Under the pieces are notes generated by a model. It worked only from the letters and a program-made list of their open reading frames with translations, was not told where the DNA came from and did not search any database. Below are positions 8,785-19,584 of a DNA stretch of 64,000 bases, in pieces (position 1 is the stretch's first letter; each line of letters starts with the position of its first letter). The translations under genes and the position numbers were made by a program. This DNA is from a virus. Location of the stretch: the IMG/VR virus record IMGVR_UViG_3300034356_001232, positions 7,255-71,254 of that record. One strand, written 5' to 3'.

Positions 8785-9091
8785 AAAACAAACATACGTA
8801 TCAGCCGAATTAGAGTGGGCAGAGTCCAAGCTAAAGGAGTGGCGTGACTACGTAGATAAGAATCCAATTGCGGAACTAAAAGACCGCATAGAATGGAAGC
8901 CAACTTCTAAGGGAGGAGCAATACCTATGGTCATTGCTTCCATAGAATCACAGATTAAGTCTCTCCGTGATACTATGAAAGAATATCTTTCCCTACTCGA
9001 GACTGTAGATAAACTCCGTGAGAAAGAAGAGCAAAAGACAGTTGCTCGTGGATCACAGGAGGTAAATGGACTAATGAAAAAATTCATGTAA
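8774..9091 (+). CDS. Putative terminase small subunit
   Basis: Helical/coiled-coil 105-aa protein TAATG-coupled directly to TerL. Assignment is by position only. Confidence 0.45.
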   Translation: MAVKKQTYVSAELEWAESKLKEWRDYVDKNPIAELKDRIEWKPTSKGGAIPMVIASIESQIKSLRDTMKEYLSLLETVDKLREKEEQKTVARGSQEVNGLMKKFM

Positions 9092-11100
9092 TGTATAATC
9101 TAGATAGTGCTGAATTCCTAATCAACATGAAGAGCATCCCGGAGGACGAAACCTCTGAGGAGTTTGAGGCGTTTTGGGAAAACGAGTATAAGAAGATTAC
9201 GGAGGGAGTCACTATCAATGGATTCTATTTTTCCCCGTTTATTTACTGGCATCTAAATTACGGCACGTTATACAAAGATGAGTTAGTTGGTGCCCGCAAA
9301 GTCCGTAGACTAGGCAAACCCCAACTGTGGGATAGTTATCTTCAGATAGATGAGTCAATAGGGAGAGCGGAAAGTCATGAGGATGGTATGAAAGGGCTGG
9401 TCATAGTAGGATCCCGTCGTATCTCCAAGACTATTATCACCTCTTCCTATATGGCTCACAAAGCCGTAACACAGTTTGGTAGTGACAATCTTATTTCAGC
9501 TCTAAACCAACCGGATTTAAGCAACACTACCCAAGCTGTAGATTTGGTTCTACAGAACTTACCGAAGTACTTTAGATTCCTGCGTATTGAGGATGACTGG
9601 AAGCGTCAGGTTACTTTAGGTTTCAAGGATAAAACCTCGAATAAGCGTAACGCTTTCTCACGCATACACGTGCGGAACTTCGATGAAGGAAACAATACGG
9701 AGGCAGCGGCAGGTCTTACCCTTTCTTCTTTTATGTTAGAAGAAGCCGGTAAGGGAAACATGCTTAACTGTCTGTCGGCTACTATTCCTTGTTTTGACTC
9801 AGAGTATGGATGGCGCTGTTCTCCGATTGTAATTGGAACATCAGGAGATATGACCAAGGCTTCTGACTTAGAAGAACTTTTCAATAACCCAGAAGCATAC
9901 AACTTCCTTTCTGTAGAGGCAAATGAATCAGGAAAATCCTATGGTTTGTTTATTCCCGGCACCAAGTCGCTAAAAGTACCTAGAGAGAATAAACCTTTAG
10001 GCTTATACCTAGGCAAGGAGGAATCTTCCGAACTAGATAATATTACCATCTGGGTAAGTGACGAGGTTAAAGGTAAAGAGATGATTCTTAAGAATCGTGA
10101 AAACGTTAAGAAAGCATCCGGCCTTGAAGCATACTTGAAGGAGATAATGTACTATCCTCTAACTCACGAGGAGTGCTTTATGGAAATGTCGCAAAACATC
10201 TTCCCGGTAGATCTTCTCCAAGAACAATTACAGAAGTTAACCAACCAAGACATCAAGGGTGACAATGTAGAACTTTACCTAAAGCAAGACGGTAAGGTTG
10301 CCCACAAGTTCACCGACAAAAAACCCGTAGTCAACTTCCCAATAAAACCAGCAGATGACATAGAAGGATGTGTAGTGATTTGGGAATACCCAATCTCTGA
10401 TGCTCCTTACGGTCTTTATACAGCAGGAACGGATCCTTACAAACAGTCACAGGCACATTACTCTACTTCTTTGGGATCGACTTATATCTACAAGCGAGTT
10501 CATAACCTTTCAGGTGAAGGTTGGCAGAATATAGTAGTAGCTTGTTATACAGGTCGTCCTAAGAAAATCGAACAGTGGTATGAGACTACCAAACTCTTGC
10601 TTATGTATTACAATGCCAAGACCCTATGTGAAAACATGGATTATGGTTTTATCCAGCATTGTGTAGAGAAAAACATAAGTCCTAAAGTCCTAGAAAGAAC
10701 GCCTTCTTTCCTAACAGATATCCACCCTAACTCAATGGTTAATCGTGACTATGGAATTCACATGACCAAAGAAATTAAATCTTACTTACTAGGATTAATT
10801 ATTGAATACCTAACTGAAGAGATAGATGTAGAGCGAGATAAAGATGGAAATATCAGTAAAACTAGGTTAGGTGTATCTAGAATTTTAGACCCATTACTGT
10901 TAAAAGAATTGCTCAAATTTACACCAAAATTGAATGTTGACCGTATTATTGCATTTGGATTGACACTAGCAATGTCCCGAACTCTTTATAATAAAATTAC
11001 TATCCATAGTAATACTGAAGATGGTCGGATGAAAGAATACTTTCAATCCAGAAAACCTTTCTCACCATTTAAACAATCCTCAAGCTCACTATTTAGATAA
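9091..11100 (+). CDS. terL: Terminase large subunit
   Basis: Walker A-like GSRRISKT, Walker B FMLEEAG, IGTSG coupling motif, nuclease GTDPY and DRIIA. Precedes the portal. Confidence 0.92.
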   Translation: MYNLDSAEFLINMKSIPEDETSEEFEAFWENEYKKITEGVTINGFYFSPFIYWHLNYGTLYKDELVGARKVRRLGKPQLWDSYLQIDESIGRAESHEDGMKGLVIVGSRRISKTIITSSYMAHKAVTQFGSDNLISALNQPDLSNTTQAVDLVLQNLPKYFRFLRIEDDWKRQVTLGFKDKTSNKRNAFSRIHVRNFDEGNNTEAAAGLTLSSFMLEEAGKGNMLNCLSATIPCFDSEYGWRCSPIVIGTSGDMTKASDLEELFNNPEAYNFLSVEANESGKSYGLFIPGTKSLKVPRENKPLGLYLGKEESSELDNITIWVSDEVKGKEMILKNRENVKKASGLEAYLKEIMYYPLTHEECFMEMSQNIFPVDLLQEQLQKLTNQDIKGDNVELYLKQDGKVAHKFTDKKPVVNFPIKPADDIEGCVVIWEYPISDAPYGLYTAGTDPYKQSQAHYSTSLGSTYIYKRVHNLSGEGWQNIVVACYTGRPKKIEQWYETTKLLLMYYNAKTLCENMDYGFIQHCVEKNISPKVLERTPSFLTDIHPNSMVNRDYGIHMTKEIKSYLLGLIIEYLTEEIDVERDKDGNISKTRLGVSRILDPLLLKELLKFTPKLNVDRIIAFGLTLAMSRTLYNKITIHSNTEDGRMKEYFQSRKPFSPFKQSSSSLFR

Positions 11101-11108
11101 TAATAACC

Positions 11109-13553
11109 ATGATTATAGAAGTTTTAAAGGGGTATAATGACCCTCTCAATCATTCCTATTTCTACCCGAAACAATTTGTAACTAAGGAAGAAAAAGCCAC
11201 AGAGACTTTTATCAAGTCTAATATGGACTATTTTGCAAATATTGCATTTGCTCAGTACAAACAGAATGTTAAGTTCCGTAAGAACTACCGACTGTATAAT
11301 GGTGAGTTTAACTTTCAGGATTATGTAAACCAACCTGAGTATAAGGAAATGATCGATTACTTGTCAGACGTACCTGATCAAGAGCCAGATGTTCCGCAAT
11401 ACCTCAAACACTATTCAATAGTAAATCCTCCTATCAATCAGTTGAAGGGAGAACTCATTAACCGTCCTCATCGTTACAAGGTAAAAGCTGTAGATGATGA
11501 CGCTATCAACGAGACTATTGACTTTAGAACTCAACTTCTAAAGGATCACTTCATGGAACAGCTTCGTGCCAACCTTGAAGGTAAGGACGTTGACCCTGAG
11601 ATGTTAGCTCAGCAAGAACAGGAAATCCAAGATAAAATTTTGGATTACACCTCAACTGCTGAAGAGTGGGGTAACAAAACCCTTAACGCTCTGAAGTATC
11701 ATTTTAACTTTAAAGAGAAGTCTCAGCAATCTTTCTTGGATTTCTTGATTACCGGGCAAGAGTTTCACCACTTCTACCCTACCAATTCTCGCATAGGATT
11801 TAACTACAAAGTAGAGAACCCTTCTAACGTATGGTACTTGGGTAATCGTAATGCAATCTACACAGACGATTGTTGGGCATTGGGAACTATCGAGGTTCTT
11901 TCTATGTCTGAAATCGTTGAGAGATATACTTTGACAGCAGAAGAAGTTGAGCATTTGAATACTCGTGCCGTACAAAACTTACGCAACAACGAGTACTCGC
12001 CATTATCTCCTGCTCTTCCTAATCCTAATGATCCTTTGTGGCAGTTGACATTTGAGAACGTAGGTGACTTTGCCAATGGAGGTATTGACCACAACGTATT
12101 CTCGTTTAACTCTCAGCATGCATTCACCGTAGTTACTGCTTACTGGCAGTCTAAGAAAAGAATCTACAAACGTACTTACTTGGATGAAGAAGGATTCCAG
12201 CAAGAGATGTTCGTAAATGAAGATTATAAGTTTGACAAAAGGATGGGCGACGTAAGCCTAGAAGAACTTTGGATTAATGAATGGTGGAGAGGTATTAAGA
12301 TTGGTGCCGACATCTACATTAACATTGAACCTCTTGAGTACATCCAGACTCCTCCTATTGTTGGGATTGTAAATACTGCCCGTAATACTCAAAGCAAATC
12401 ATTCCTCGATCTAATCAAGCCTTATCAGATTCTCTATAACATCTGTATGAACCAGTTGTGGGAGATTCTAGAAAAGGAAATTGGTGTTGTGTTCTTAGGC
12501 GACTTGAAAGTTGTGCCTAAGAAAGACTCCCAGGATCCAATTGAGATGATGTTGTGGAATGCTAAGAACCGTGGTGCCCTTTTCATTGATACGTCAATAG
12601 AGAACACCGGGGGTGCTGTACAGTTCAACCAAATGTCACGAGTTGACTTGAGTCGTAGTACAGAGATTCAAACCCGTATTCAATTGGCTCAGTTAATCAG
12701 GTCAGAAGCTTACGAGTTGATTGGGGTAAGTCGTCAACGTCTTGGAAGCACTACACCATCAGAAACTGCAACTGCTGCTAACAATTCTCTCCAGCAATCA
12801 TTTGCCCAAACAGAAACTTGGTTTGCTTGGCATGACGTAGTATTGCAACGTACCTACCAGACCATTCTAGATATTGCCCAGTACTTTGAATTGCAAAAAC
12901 CTACCTCTACTCTAAACTATCTTAACTCTGAGTTAGAGAATGTATTCTTACAAGTAAGCAAGAACGAACTTCTTCACGAGCTGTTTGTGTTTGTTTCTTC
13001 TTACGCAGAAGATAAAGTTACTCTTGATCAGTTAAAACAATTGGCTCAACCTGCTATGCAGAATGGTGCCGAGTTGATTGAGATGCTTGATTTGTTTACT
13101 GCCTCCTCTGAACGTAGTCTTCGTAAGACCTTGACTGATGTTCAGAAACGTAAGGAAGCCATGCAACAACAACAACAGCAATTGAAGCAACAGGAGTTGG
13201 ATCAACAGCAACAACAGTTCCAACAGAAGATGCAAGCTGATATGGCTGCTGCTGCAGAACAGGCTCGTCGTGATGACAATAACAAAGAACTTGATCGTCA
13301 GAATCGCCTTGAGGTTGAGAAGCTTAGAGGTATTGCTAACGAAGGTTCTTTCAACCCAGAGGTAGATACCACAGAACTTCTTATCAAGCAAACTTCTTTG
13401 TCTCAGCAAATCTCTAAAGACAACTACGAAAAAGTAGCCAAGAGTAGAGAAGCCAGTCTCAAAGAAAGAGAGCTTGACCTGAAAGAGAAGGACATCGATA
13501 CTAAACTTAAAATAGCCCAAACCAACAAAAACAAATACGACAGGAAGAAATAA
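11109..13553 (+). CDS. Portal protein
   Basis: 814 aa after TerL. HYSIVNPPINQLKGE, W.G.KIG, GVSRQRLG and a Q-rich coiled-coil C-terminus, typical of crAss-like portals. Confidence 0.9.
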   Translation: MIIEVLKGYNDPLNHSYFYPKQFVTKEEKATETFIKSNMDYFANIAFAQYKQNVKFRKNYRLYNGEFNFQDYVNQPEYKEMIDYLSDVPDQEPDVPQYLKHYSIVNPPINQLKGELINRPHRYKVKAVDDDAINETIDFRTQLLKDHFMEQLRANLEGKDVDPEMLAQQEQEIQDKILDYTSTAEEWGNKTLNALKYHFNFKEKSQQSFLDFLITGQEFHHFYPTNSRIGFNYKVENPSNVWYLGNRNAIYTDDCWALGTIEVLSMSEIVERYTLTAEEVEHLNTRAVQNLRNNEYSPLSPALPNPNDPLWQLTFENVGDFANGGIDHNVFSFNSQHAFTVVTAYWQSKKRIYKRTYLDEEGFQQEMFVNEDYKFDKRMGDVSLEELWINEWWRGIKIGADIYINIEPLEYIQTPPIVGIVNTARNTQSKSFLDLIKPYQILYNICMNQLWEILEKEIGVVFLGDLKVVPKKDSQDPIEMMLWNAKNRGALFIDTSIENTGGAVQFNQMSRVDLSRSTEIQTRIQLAQLIRSEAYELIGVSRQRLGSTTPSETATAANNSLQQSFAQTETWFAWHDVVLQRTYQTILDIAQYFELQKPTSTLNYLNSELENVFLQVSKNELLHELFVFVSSYAEDKVTLDQLKQLAQPAMQNGAELIEMLDLFTASSERSLRKTLTDVQKRKEAMQQQQQQLKQQELDQQQQQFQQKMQADMAAAAEQARRDDNNKELDRQNRLEVEKLRGIANEGSFNPEVDTTELLIKQTSLSQQISKDNYEKVAKSREASLKERELDLKEKDIDTKLKIAQTNKNKYDRKK

Positions 13554-13554
13554 T

Positions 13555-13598
13555 AAAAGGCCGTGACAGTTTTAACTATAATAATCACGGCCTTTTTT
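13555..13598 (+). terminator. Intrinsic terminator after portal
   Basis: AAAAGGCCGTGA / TCACGGCCTTTT inverted repeat with a T-run. Confidence 0.75.
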
Positions 13599-13603
13599 AA
13601 CCT

Positions 13604-13634
13604 GTTGCGTTAATTTTTTATTATATTATTTTTG
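13604..13634 (+). promoter_or_regulatory. Promoter GTTG-N19-TATTTTTG
   Basis: Same spacing as the other promoters. Upstream of the scaffold/MCP genes. Confidence 0.6.
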
Positions 13635-13655
13635 AACCTAACCAAACCAACCAAC

Positions 13656-14834
13656 ATGAATACTAATGAAAATCCATTAGAGAATTTAGAGTTCTTTGAA
13701 TCATTCTCCAGTGACGATCCAATTGATGTAAACCCTCAATACGATCCCAACAAGAACATTGCTCCAGATATTCTGGGTCCAGACGGTACTATTAAAGATC
13801 CAATTCTTGACCCTGAATTTGAAGACGAAGAAGAGGAAGACGAAGATGCGGATGATAACAATCCTCCTGCCCCTGCGAAAAAGCCTACTCCTGCGCCTGC
13901 TCCTTTAGACGATAATGACGATGAAGATGAGCCAATCGATGACAATGACGAAGAAGCCGATGACATCAATTATTTTGAAGTCTTTGGAAAGGGATTAGTT
14001 AAAGCCGGATTACTTGATGCGGAAGACGTTGAAAACCAAGAGTGGACTGAACAGAGTTTCTTAGACAAGATGAGTGAAACCATCGAGAAGAGAGCCTGGG
14101 ATACCCTTGAAGAGTTGGCAACTGAAACATACGGAGATGCCGGAGTAAAACTAGTTGAAGATATCTTCATCAACAAAGTTCCTATTCAGCAATACTTGCA
14201 GATGTTCAACAACGAACAGATTGTAGATAATGTTGATTTATCTAATGAAGTGAACCAAGAAAGAGTGGTTCGTCTTTATTTAGCTAAGACAGGAATGGAC
14301 GAAGATGAGATTGAAGACCAACTTACTTTTGCTAAAGATAACGATAGACTTGGTTCTTATGCTAAGAAATACCATGGCAAACTAGTAGAACGTATGCAAC
14401 AAGAGAGAGCAACACTTGCTCAGGACAATGCACAACGAGTACAGGAAATCCAACAGAAAGAACAGCAACGTCAACAACAGTACGCTTCTGTTCTAGAAGA
14501 GTCTATCAAGAAGGGTGAGATTGAAGGTTACCCAATCAATGAAACCACTGCAAGTGACTTATTTGATTTTGTACTTTCAAAACCACACGTTCTTCCAAAT
14601 GGTCAACGTATTACCGACTTTGAATTTAAGTTGGCTACTATGAGACAGGAAGATCCTTCTAAGTTTTTGGCAATAGCAAGACTTGTTCAAAATGATCTAG
14701 ATTTGACTCCAATGAAAAGAAAGGGTGTGACTGAAGAGACAAACTCAATCTTTAATGACTTGAAGGTTAAAACTAAAAAATCTACCAAGGGAACAAAATC
14801 CAACCAGGATTTATTCACAAGGTACTTTAAATAA
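13656..14834 (+). CDS. Acidic scaffold-like protein (crAss gene upstream of MCP)
   Basis: D/E-rich N-terminus and coiled coil, between portal and MCP. ATG 13656 preferred over the TTG at 13632, which lies inside the promoter. Confidence 0.7.
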   Translation: MNTNENPLENLEFFESFSSDDPIDVNPQYDPNKNIAPDILGPDGTIKDPILDPEFEDEEEEDEDADDNNPPAPAKKPTPAPAPLDDNDDEDEPIDDNDEEADDINYFEVFGKGLVKAGLLDAEDVENQEWTEQSFLDKMSETIEKRAWDTLEELATETYGDAGVKLVEDIFINKVPIQQYLQMFNNEQIVDNVDLSNEVNQERVVRLYLAKTGMDEDEIEDQLTFAKDNDRLGSYAKKYHGKLVERMQQERATLAQDNAQRVQEIQQKEQQRQQQYASVLEESIKKGEIEGYPINETTASDLFDFVLSKPHVLPNGQRITDFEFKLATMRQEDPSKFLAIARLVQNDLDLTPMKRKGVTEETNSIFNDLKVKTKKSTKGTKSNQDLFTRYFK

Positions 14835-14860
14835 ACAAAAACAAATAACATAATACTACT

Positions 14861-16405
14861 ATGCCAAATTTAAGTATGCCTAGGGTTAATGGTAAAGTTA
14901 TAGCTAACTCCCATATGACCAGTTCCTACTATTCTAAGAATGGTTTGAACAAACTTACAGAAAAAAACTTCGTGGAAACGATGTTGAAGACTAAGCCTGA
15001 CCAGTATGACAAGATGATGATTCGTTTGTTTACAGACACTCGTTTGTATTCTAACGATTTGATCGACCTTGTTATGAAGTCTGGTAAGCCTTTCATGGTT
15101 AACGACCCTAACGGTGTCTTTACCTACAAGATTAAAAAACGTGCTGAATTGCCAAAAATCATCGCTACTTATGCAGTAGGTTCTACTTCTGCTATTAGTG
15201 CTAGACCTGGTATTGACGGACAAGAGTTTGACGTTGTATTTGACAAGCAAGCTTTCACTGTAAATGACATTATCACTGCTCACCGTTATGAGCAAGAAAC
15301 TCAAATCCAAATCGTAGCTGAGCCTGAGCGTTTCCAAAACGGTTTCCGTTATCGTTGTCGTGCTGCCGGTTCAACTTCTGCTGATTTTGTTAACTTGCGT
15401 TTCCTCGTTGTAGGGGTTGAGTATTTCAAAGTTGGTAACGTGTTGGGTGAATACACTACTAGTTTCTCTGGTCTTGGTTTGTTCGACGGTCACTTGGAAG
15501 TTATGGCTGATGTTCTTAACCAATATGGTGTAGAGCACACTATCACTGACTGGGCTGATGCTACTAAGTTGGGTGCACAAACTGATGCTACTGGTAATCC
15601 TTTGGATATCACTTACTACTCTGTAACTGATCCTAACGCTGAAGGTGAAAAAACCAAAATCGTTGGTTGGGAGCCTACAGTATCTCGTCTTCTTCGTATG
15701 GAAATGTTGCGCATGCGTGCAAACATGTTGATGTGGGGTCGTCAAGGTAACACTAAAGATGAAAAAGGTCGTCCAACTCGTTTGAAGCCAGGTTTGTGGC
15801 AGCAATTGCACTTGGGTAACGTTCTTTACTATGATCGTGGTCAATTCTCTTTGAACCTTTTGCGTTCTGCTATTGGAGATTTGTTCTACAACCGTGTGAA
15901 GATTGCTGACCGTTATGTAAAAGTATACACTAACCGTGCTGGTATGGAATTGGCTTCTTTGTCAATCCGTAAAGACTTCAACAACCAAAACATGACTTTG
16001 AATGCTGATAAGTTCATGGATGGTAAAGATCGTTTGAAGCAAGGTTATGCATTGCAGTTTGACCACTTCATGACTACTGAGACAGGTCCAGTAGAATTCA
16101 TCGAATTGGAACAGTTGAACGAGCATGCTACTTTCTTGGAATTGGGTCCTAACAAAAAGACTCCTCCAATCTTCATCATTATGGACGTAAGCAACGAAGG
16201 TGGTGCTAACATCCGTGAGGTGAAATTGTCTACTCGTCCTAACATGTACTATCAGTACATTGCAGGTTCAGTAGGATTTGGTCAGTCACAAACTGTGATT
16301 GCCAACAAAGATCCATACAGTACCTACATCATGAAGGACTTCTGTGGTATCTTCTTGGAAGATCCTACTCGTACCGTAATCATTAAAGAATACCCACGCT
16401 TGTAA
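14861..16405 (+). CDS. Major capsid protein
   Basis: 514 aa, strongly biased codon usage, PGLWQQL and GIFLEDPTR motifs, crAss MCP position. Confidence 0.88.
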   Translation: MPNLSMPRVNGKVIANSHMTSSYYSKNGLNKLTEKNFVETMLKTKPDQYDKMMIRLFTDTRLYSNDLIDLVMKSGKPFMVNDPNGVFTYKIKKRAELPKIIATYAVGSTSAISARPGIDGQEFDVVFDKQAFTVNDIITAHRYEQETQIQIVAEPERFQNGFRYRCRAAGSTSADFVNLRFLVVGVEYFKVGNVLGEYTTSFSGLGLFDGHLEVMADVLNQYGVEHTITDWADATKLGAQTDATGNPLDITYYSVTDPNAEGEKTKIVGWEPTVSRLLRMEMLRMRANMLMWGRQGNTKDEKGRPTRLKPGLWQQLHLGNVLYYDRGQFSLNLLRSAIGDLFYNRVKIADRYVKVYTNRAGMELASLSIRKDFNNQNMTLNADKFMDGKDRLKQGYALQFDHFMTTETGPVEFIELEQLNEHATFLELGPNKKTPPIFIIMDVSNEGGANIREVKLSTRPNMYYQYIAGSVGFGQSQTVIANKDPYSTYIMKDFCGIFLEDPTRTVIIKEYPRL

Positions 16406-16422
16406 TTTTAGCGGTCTATGAT

Positions 16423-16443
16423 GGGGGAGGTAACACTCCCCCC
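16423..16443 (+). terminator. GC hairpin after MCP (terminator/stabilizer)
   Basis: GGGGGAG-GTAACA-CTCCCCC with a weak U-tail. Confidence 0.55.
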
Positions 16444-16485
16444 TAATAGATATAAAATTAACCAAAACCAAAACCAACCAAAATA

Positions 16486-17427
16486 ATGACAAAAGCAATT
16501 GCAAGAGGGGTGCGTATTATCAGACCCTTTAGAAAAGATCCCGGAACTAATCTACGTACATTAGAAGGATCGTTGTACCAAAATGGTTACAATTTCATTC
16601 CAGGAACAGCTCGTAAGTTTTACCCACGGGTAGATTCACGAGGAGTAATCAGAACAGGATTAGACGAAAACTCGCAAAAGTTAAAAGCTATTCTTGATCT
16701 AAAAGCTAGGGAACAGGAAGTTCAAAGAGTTAGGTTGTTGAAAGACTACTATGAAGCTTTACTTGATGAATCTCTTGAACCAACTAGTACGTTCTATGAC
16801 GAAATAAAAGAAAATGGTATTGGCCTGGAAGATGGCGATAACATTTTTAACTTGGATAACCCAAGAGATGCTGTTAACTTTTACTGGCTCATGGAGACAG
16901 AAATGGTTGCAGAGAATCTTGATGCTATCGAATCTGGAAGTGTAGATACATCATTAGTAAAGTTCTACGTATTTGATGGATCCGTTGAATCTAAAGTTAC
17001 TTTTGATCGTAAGAAAAAGATCAACAGTGCAATTGCTTCTTTGGATAAAATGTCTTCATCTAAGCGTAAGAAGATTCAGAAGCTAATTGGTTTAGGATTA
17101 TCTGGAGATGCCTCCGAAGAAGATGTTTACATTGCTTTGGATGAGTACTTGAGGATTCCTACAGTAGCTTTGGGTATGGACCCAATTGAAAACTTTGCTA
17201 AGATCACCGCATACAGCGATGATTTGCTTGATGTAAAAGCACTCGTTAAGGATTTAGTAGATACTAACGTAGTGAGAGTTAAAGGTTCTATAGTTTACGA
17301 AGGTGATAACGTATGGGCTGCATCTGTTGAGGAGTTTGAACTCTTCTTGACCGACCCTAAGAACACCGTAGAGTATGAATCTTTTAAAGAAAAATTGAAA
17401 AACAAACTTAGAATAAGTACCCTATAA
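16486..17427 (+). CDS. Conserved crAss-like protein downstream of MCP
   Basis: 313-aa ORF in the conserved capsid-module position. Confidence 0.7.
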   Translation: MTKAIARGVRIIRPFRKDPGTNLRTLEGSLYQNGYNFIPGTARKFYPRVDSRGVIRTGLDENSQKLKAILDLKAREQEVQRVRLLKDYYEALLDESLEPTSTFYDEIKENGIGLEDGDNIFNLDNPRDAVNFYWLMETEMVAENLDAIESGSVDTSLVKFYVFDGSVESKVTFDRKKKINSAIASLDKMSSSKRKKIQKLIGLGLSGDASEEDVYIALDEYLRIPTVALGMDPIENFAKITAYSDDLLDVKALVKDLVDTNVVRVKGSIVYEGDNVWAASVEEFELFLTDPKNTVEYESFKEKLKNKLRISTL

Positions 17428-17430
17428 TAA

Positions 17431-18147
17431 ATGATAAACGTCGAGGAACTGATATACGAGTTTAAGTTGATGATCAATAAAGTCAACAGACAGGATAACG
17501 TTGATATCCCTGTTGAAGATATTATTGTATACCTTAACCGTGCCCAGCTATCTTGGATTAAAACCAAGATTAACCCGAATAACGTTTACAAAGTAGGATA
17601 TGAATCTATTGAAAAGCGTATAGATGATTTACAAATATTGAAAAAATCATCTGTACGACTTTCACCCATCAAAACTAACGACCTCTTTTATACAGGATTT
17701 TCCTGTTCCTTAGAAGATGTTGCGGATTATATGTTTTACGTGAATAGTTATTGTGTAGCTAAAAAGCAGGACTGTAGAAAGAACCTAACAATTGATCTCG
17801 TAAGACAAGGCGATCTTCACAACATGTATGTGGACGCAAACTTTAGCCCTTCATTTGAATGGAGAAGCACACTAGCTACCCTAGGCGATAATAAGTTGTA
17901 CGTATACAATAATGAAGAGTTTACAATAGAGAATGTTTATCTCACGTATTTAAGGTATCCCCAAAATATTGATATTGAGGGTTACACTAAATTAGACGGT
18001 ACATTGTCTAATAATGTAAACTGCGAATTGCCGGAATATGCTAAGGGAGACATAGTTGACCTAGCAGTTAAATTTGCAGCACAGTCTAATGACAACCAAA
18101 TCCAAGCGGTATTTGCAGAGGATCGTTTAGTTAAAAACTCAGAATAA
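17431..18147 (+). CDS. Putative head-tail ring/adaptor protein
   Basis: YLNRAQ, RIDDLQ.L, YLRYP, CELP...IVDLAV pattern of crAss ring proteins. Confidence 0.65.
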   Translation: MINVEELIYEFKLMINKVNRQDNVDIPVEDIIVYLNRAQLSWIKTKINPNNVYKVGYESIEKRIDDLQILKKSSVRLSPIKTNDLFYTGFSCSLEDVADYMFYVNSYCVAKKQDCRKNLTIDLVRQGDLHNMYVDANFSPSFEWRSTLATLGDNKLYVYNNEEFTIENVYLTYLRYPQNIDIEGYTKLDGTLSNNVNCELPEYAKGDIVDLAVKFAAQSNDNQIQAVFAEDRLVKNSE

Positions 18148-18160
18148 AATATAAAAAACC

Positions 18161-19531
18161 ATGAATCACAAAATCACACAAGTGTTCGTAGTAGGAGGAT
18201 CCGCTGCGACTGTTGACACTAGCGCAGAAGCATTCCCAGGTACAGGTACTACCGATACCTTGGTTGCCCGTCAGTTAAACTTTTACAAATCAGATTTTTC
18301 TGTTTTGGCTCGTACTGCCAATAGTGCAACTATTGGTAATGAAATCATTGTTGCTGTAGGAACAGGTTCTAGCAAATATGGTAGTTTCAAGTCTTCTGTA
18401 ATCAAGAAAAACAACTTGACTAAAGTAACTAGAAGTACCTATGCTAACACTACCAAGCAACAAATCACTTTCATCGGTTATGATGAAATTACAACTAGCA
18501 AGACTCCCGTATTTGGTTGTGACGAAGAGTACTTCGTAACTTTCAAAATCGACGAGTACTGGTCTAAAGGTATCTACCAACCTTTGATTCAAGAGTCAGT
18601 TCGTGTTAAAACTACTTCTTGCACAGAGTGTGGCGGTGGTTGCGATGCTTTGAACTGTTGGGCTTTCATGCAAGAGTTGACTGACAAGATCAATGCTAAC
18701 CCAATCTTGAGTAAGTACTTGGCTGCTACCCACTCTATTGTAGGTACTGCTCCTTCTTACCGTTATGTATTGAACTTGCCTGATTCAGGTGATTCAACTG
18801 CAGAAGCCGCTACATTGACTGCTTTGCAAGCGTTCTACCCATCTGGAACGTATGGTACCATCACTGAGACCAACACTGAAGATGCTGATGCTTTGGGTCA
18901 AATCTTCTTCATCATTGCCACTCCTTTGGTTGCTATCGATGCAATGCCTGTGTACAATGGTGTTGCTTGGGAAAAACAATTAGTATCTGCAGGTTCAGTT
19001 ACTTCTTGCGGTATCAAAGTAACTGGTAAAGCTGTTGACGCTTTTGGTAATGCTTGTGTTCCTGATGCAGTTCCTTACGTATTCAACTTGGTTAAATTCC
19101 AAGCTAAAGTACACAGAGGTCCTTTCACCACTATGGACTTTGACGTAGAAGACTTTGCTAACCCATGGTCAGTTACTACCGTTCAAAGTATCCAGTACCC
19201 AATCGGTGCTGTAAGTGCTTTGGCTGAGATGGAGCGTAACTTCTTCACTAACAACTTGCCTGCTACTGCAGAAGCTCGTTACTACTGGAATCCTATTTAC
19301 AACGAAGATGCAAACCAATTCTTCTTTGTAGATCAGTCTCGTACTGCAAGTGGATACACAATGTATGAAATCTGCTACACTGATCCTTCTCCAGTAGGAT
19401 TCGAGAAGAAAGACACCAACGAGCATGCGGTAGTTCTTTTGGTTGATGCTGCTGTATCTTCTTTGGATGCAGACATCAAAACCTTTATTAACGCATTCTT
19501 AACTGGTTCTTTCTTGCCTCAGTTGGCGTAA
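18161..19531 (+). CDS. Abundant virion structural protein (auxiliary capsid-like)
   Basis: MCP-like codon bias, followed by a terminator. Capsid module position. Confidence 0.6.
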   Translation: MNHKITQVFVVGGSAATVDTSAEAFPGTGTTDTLVARQLNFYKSDFSVLARTANSATIGNEIIVAVGTGSSKYGSFKSSVIKKNNLTKVTRSTYANTTKQQITFIGYDEITTSKTPVFGCDEEYFVTFKIDEYWSKGIYQPLIQESVRVKTTSCTECGGGCDALNCWAFMQELTDKINANPILSKYLAATHSIVGTAPSYRYVLNLPDSGDSTAEAATLTALQAFYPSGTYGTITETNTEDADALGQIFFIIATPLVAIDAMPVYNGVAWEKQLVSAGSVTSCGIKVTGKAVDAFGNACVPDAVPYVFNLVKFQAKVHRGPFTTMDFDVEDFANPWSVTTVQSIQYPIGAVSALAEMERNFFTNNLPATAEARYYWNPIYNEDANQFFFVDQSRTASGYTMYEICYTDPSPVGFEKKDTNEHAVVLLVDAAVSSLDADIKTFINAFLTGSFLPQLA

Positions 19532-19537
19532 TTTAAT

Positions 19538-19562
19538 AGGGGGATTAACCTCCCCCTTTTTA
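19538..19562 (+). terminator. Intrinsic terminator
   Basis: AGGGGGA-TTAACC-TCCCCCT followed by a T-run. Confidence 0.75.
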
Positions 19563-19584
19563 TAACCTTTTAATTTAAAAAAAA

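Noticed and set aside
9091-16405. Introns or inteins in TerL, portal or MCP
   Set aside because: ORFs are continuous, of expected size, and have no intein or homing-endonuclease motifs.
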